64,000 nucleotides of DNA, taken from assembly GCF_006345805.1 (NCBI RefSeq), contig NC_043001.1, positions 37,014,001 through 37,078,000 on the forward strand, written 5' to 3'. Every line of letters begins with the position of its first letter. The first letter of the stretch is position 1. Positions 63,704 through 64,000 of the stretch are shown here, one piece after another. Below the pieces are notes generated by a model, which searched no databases, had not been told where the DNA came from, and saw nothing but the letters and a program-made list of their open reading frames with translations. Both the position numbers and the translations under genes were made by a program. The DNA comes from Octopus sinensis. Taxonomy: Eukaryota.

Positions 63704-63796
63704 CTTGCTGAAAATCTGTTCGTCCACAACCACGAATTAAGACAGCATCTCCAGTAAATACCATACTGTTTTCATGCCAGACAAATGAGTAACATC
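63704..63796 (-). CDS. ETHE1: ETHE1 exon (93 nt); upstream exons lie beyond the window
   Basis: (G)[30 protein letters not shown](G) contains the [16 protein letters not shown] signature; TAG acceptor and GTAATT donor. Confidence 0.97.
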
Positions 63797-64000
63797 CTAC
63801 AAAAATAGAGAAAGAAGTTAAAAAAAAAGAAAATATAAACAGAACATTTTGTAGCTGGAAGTTTAAAATTTAAAATCAAGCATTCAGTATTATGGCATTT
63901 AAACCAACCAGTTCATATCCTGTTTTTATGTTCAAACTGGCTAGATTTGACCTCACATACCAACCCTAAAATATCATTCTAAAAATTAACAGTTAGGTGT

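Overview
AT-rich, repeat-dense animal genomic DNA; the SINE/LINE/Penelope landscape suggests a coleoid cephalopod such as Octopus (inference, not a database result). The ORF track misses most real genes because they are split into small exons. Reading splice sites by eye gives three genes. (1) A complete PSENEN/PEN-2 on the minus strand (3 coding exons, 101 aa). (2) A complete U2AF1/U2AF35 on the plus strand, head-to-head with PSENEN. (3) The last four exons of ETHE1 on the minus strand, whose stop codon is only 149 nt from the U2AF1 stop. U2AF1 carries a 6-nt microexon and two tandem paralogous, frame-incompatible (mutually exclusive) exons encoding helix A of the UHM domain. This is a different exon from the 67-nt mutually exclusive pair known in vertebrate U2AF1. 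There are also candidate poison-exon signals and an inverted LINE pair around exon 3. The PSENEN/U2AF35 divergent pair mirrors human PSENEN/U2AF1L4 at 19q13. The rest is transposon-derived: Penelope-like elements, RTE and CR1/L2 LINE fragments, mariner, piggyBac and hAT elements, at least four SINE families and microsatellites. Several minimal hammerhead ribozyme motifs occur, including a U3:A8 core variant in a Penelope LTR and in two ~280-bp palindromic elements. Exon coordinates were counted base by base; most repeat boundaries are approximate.
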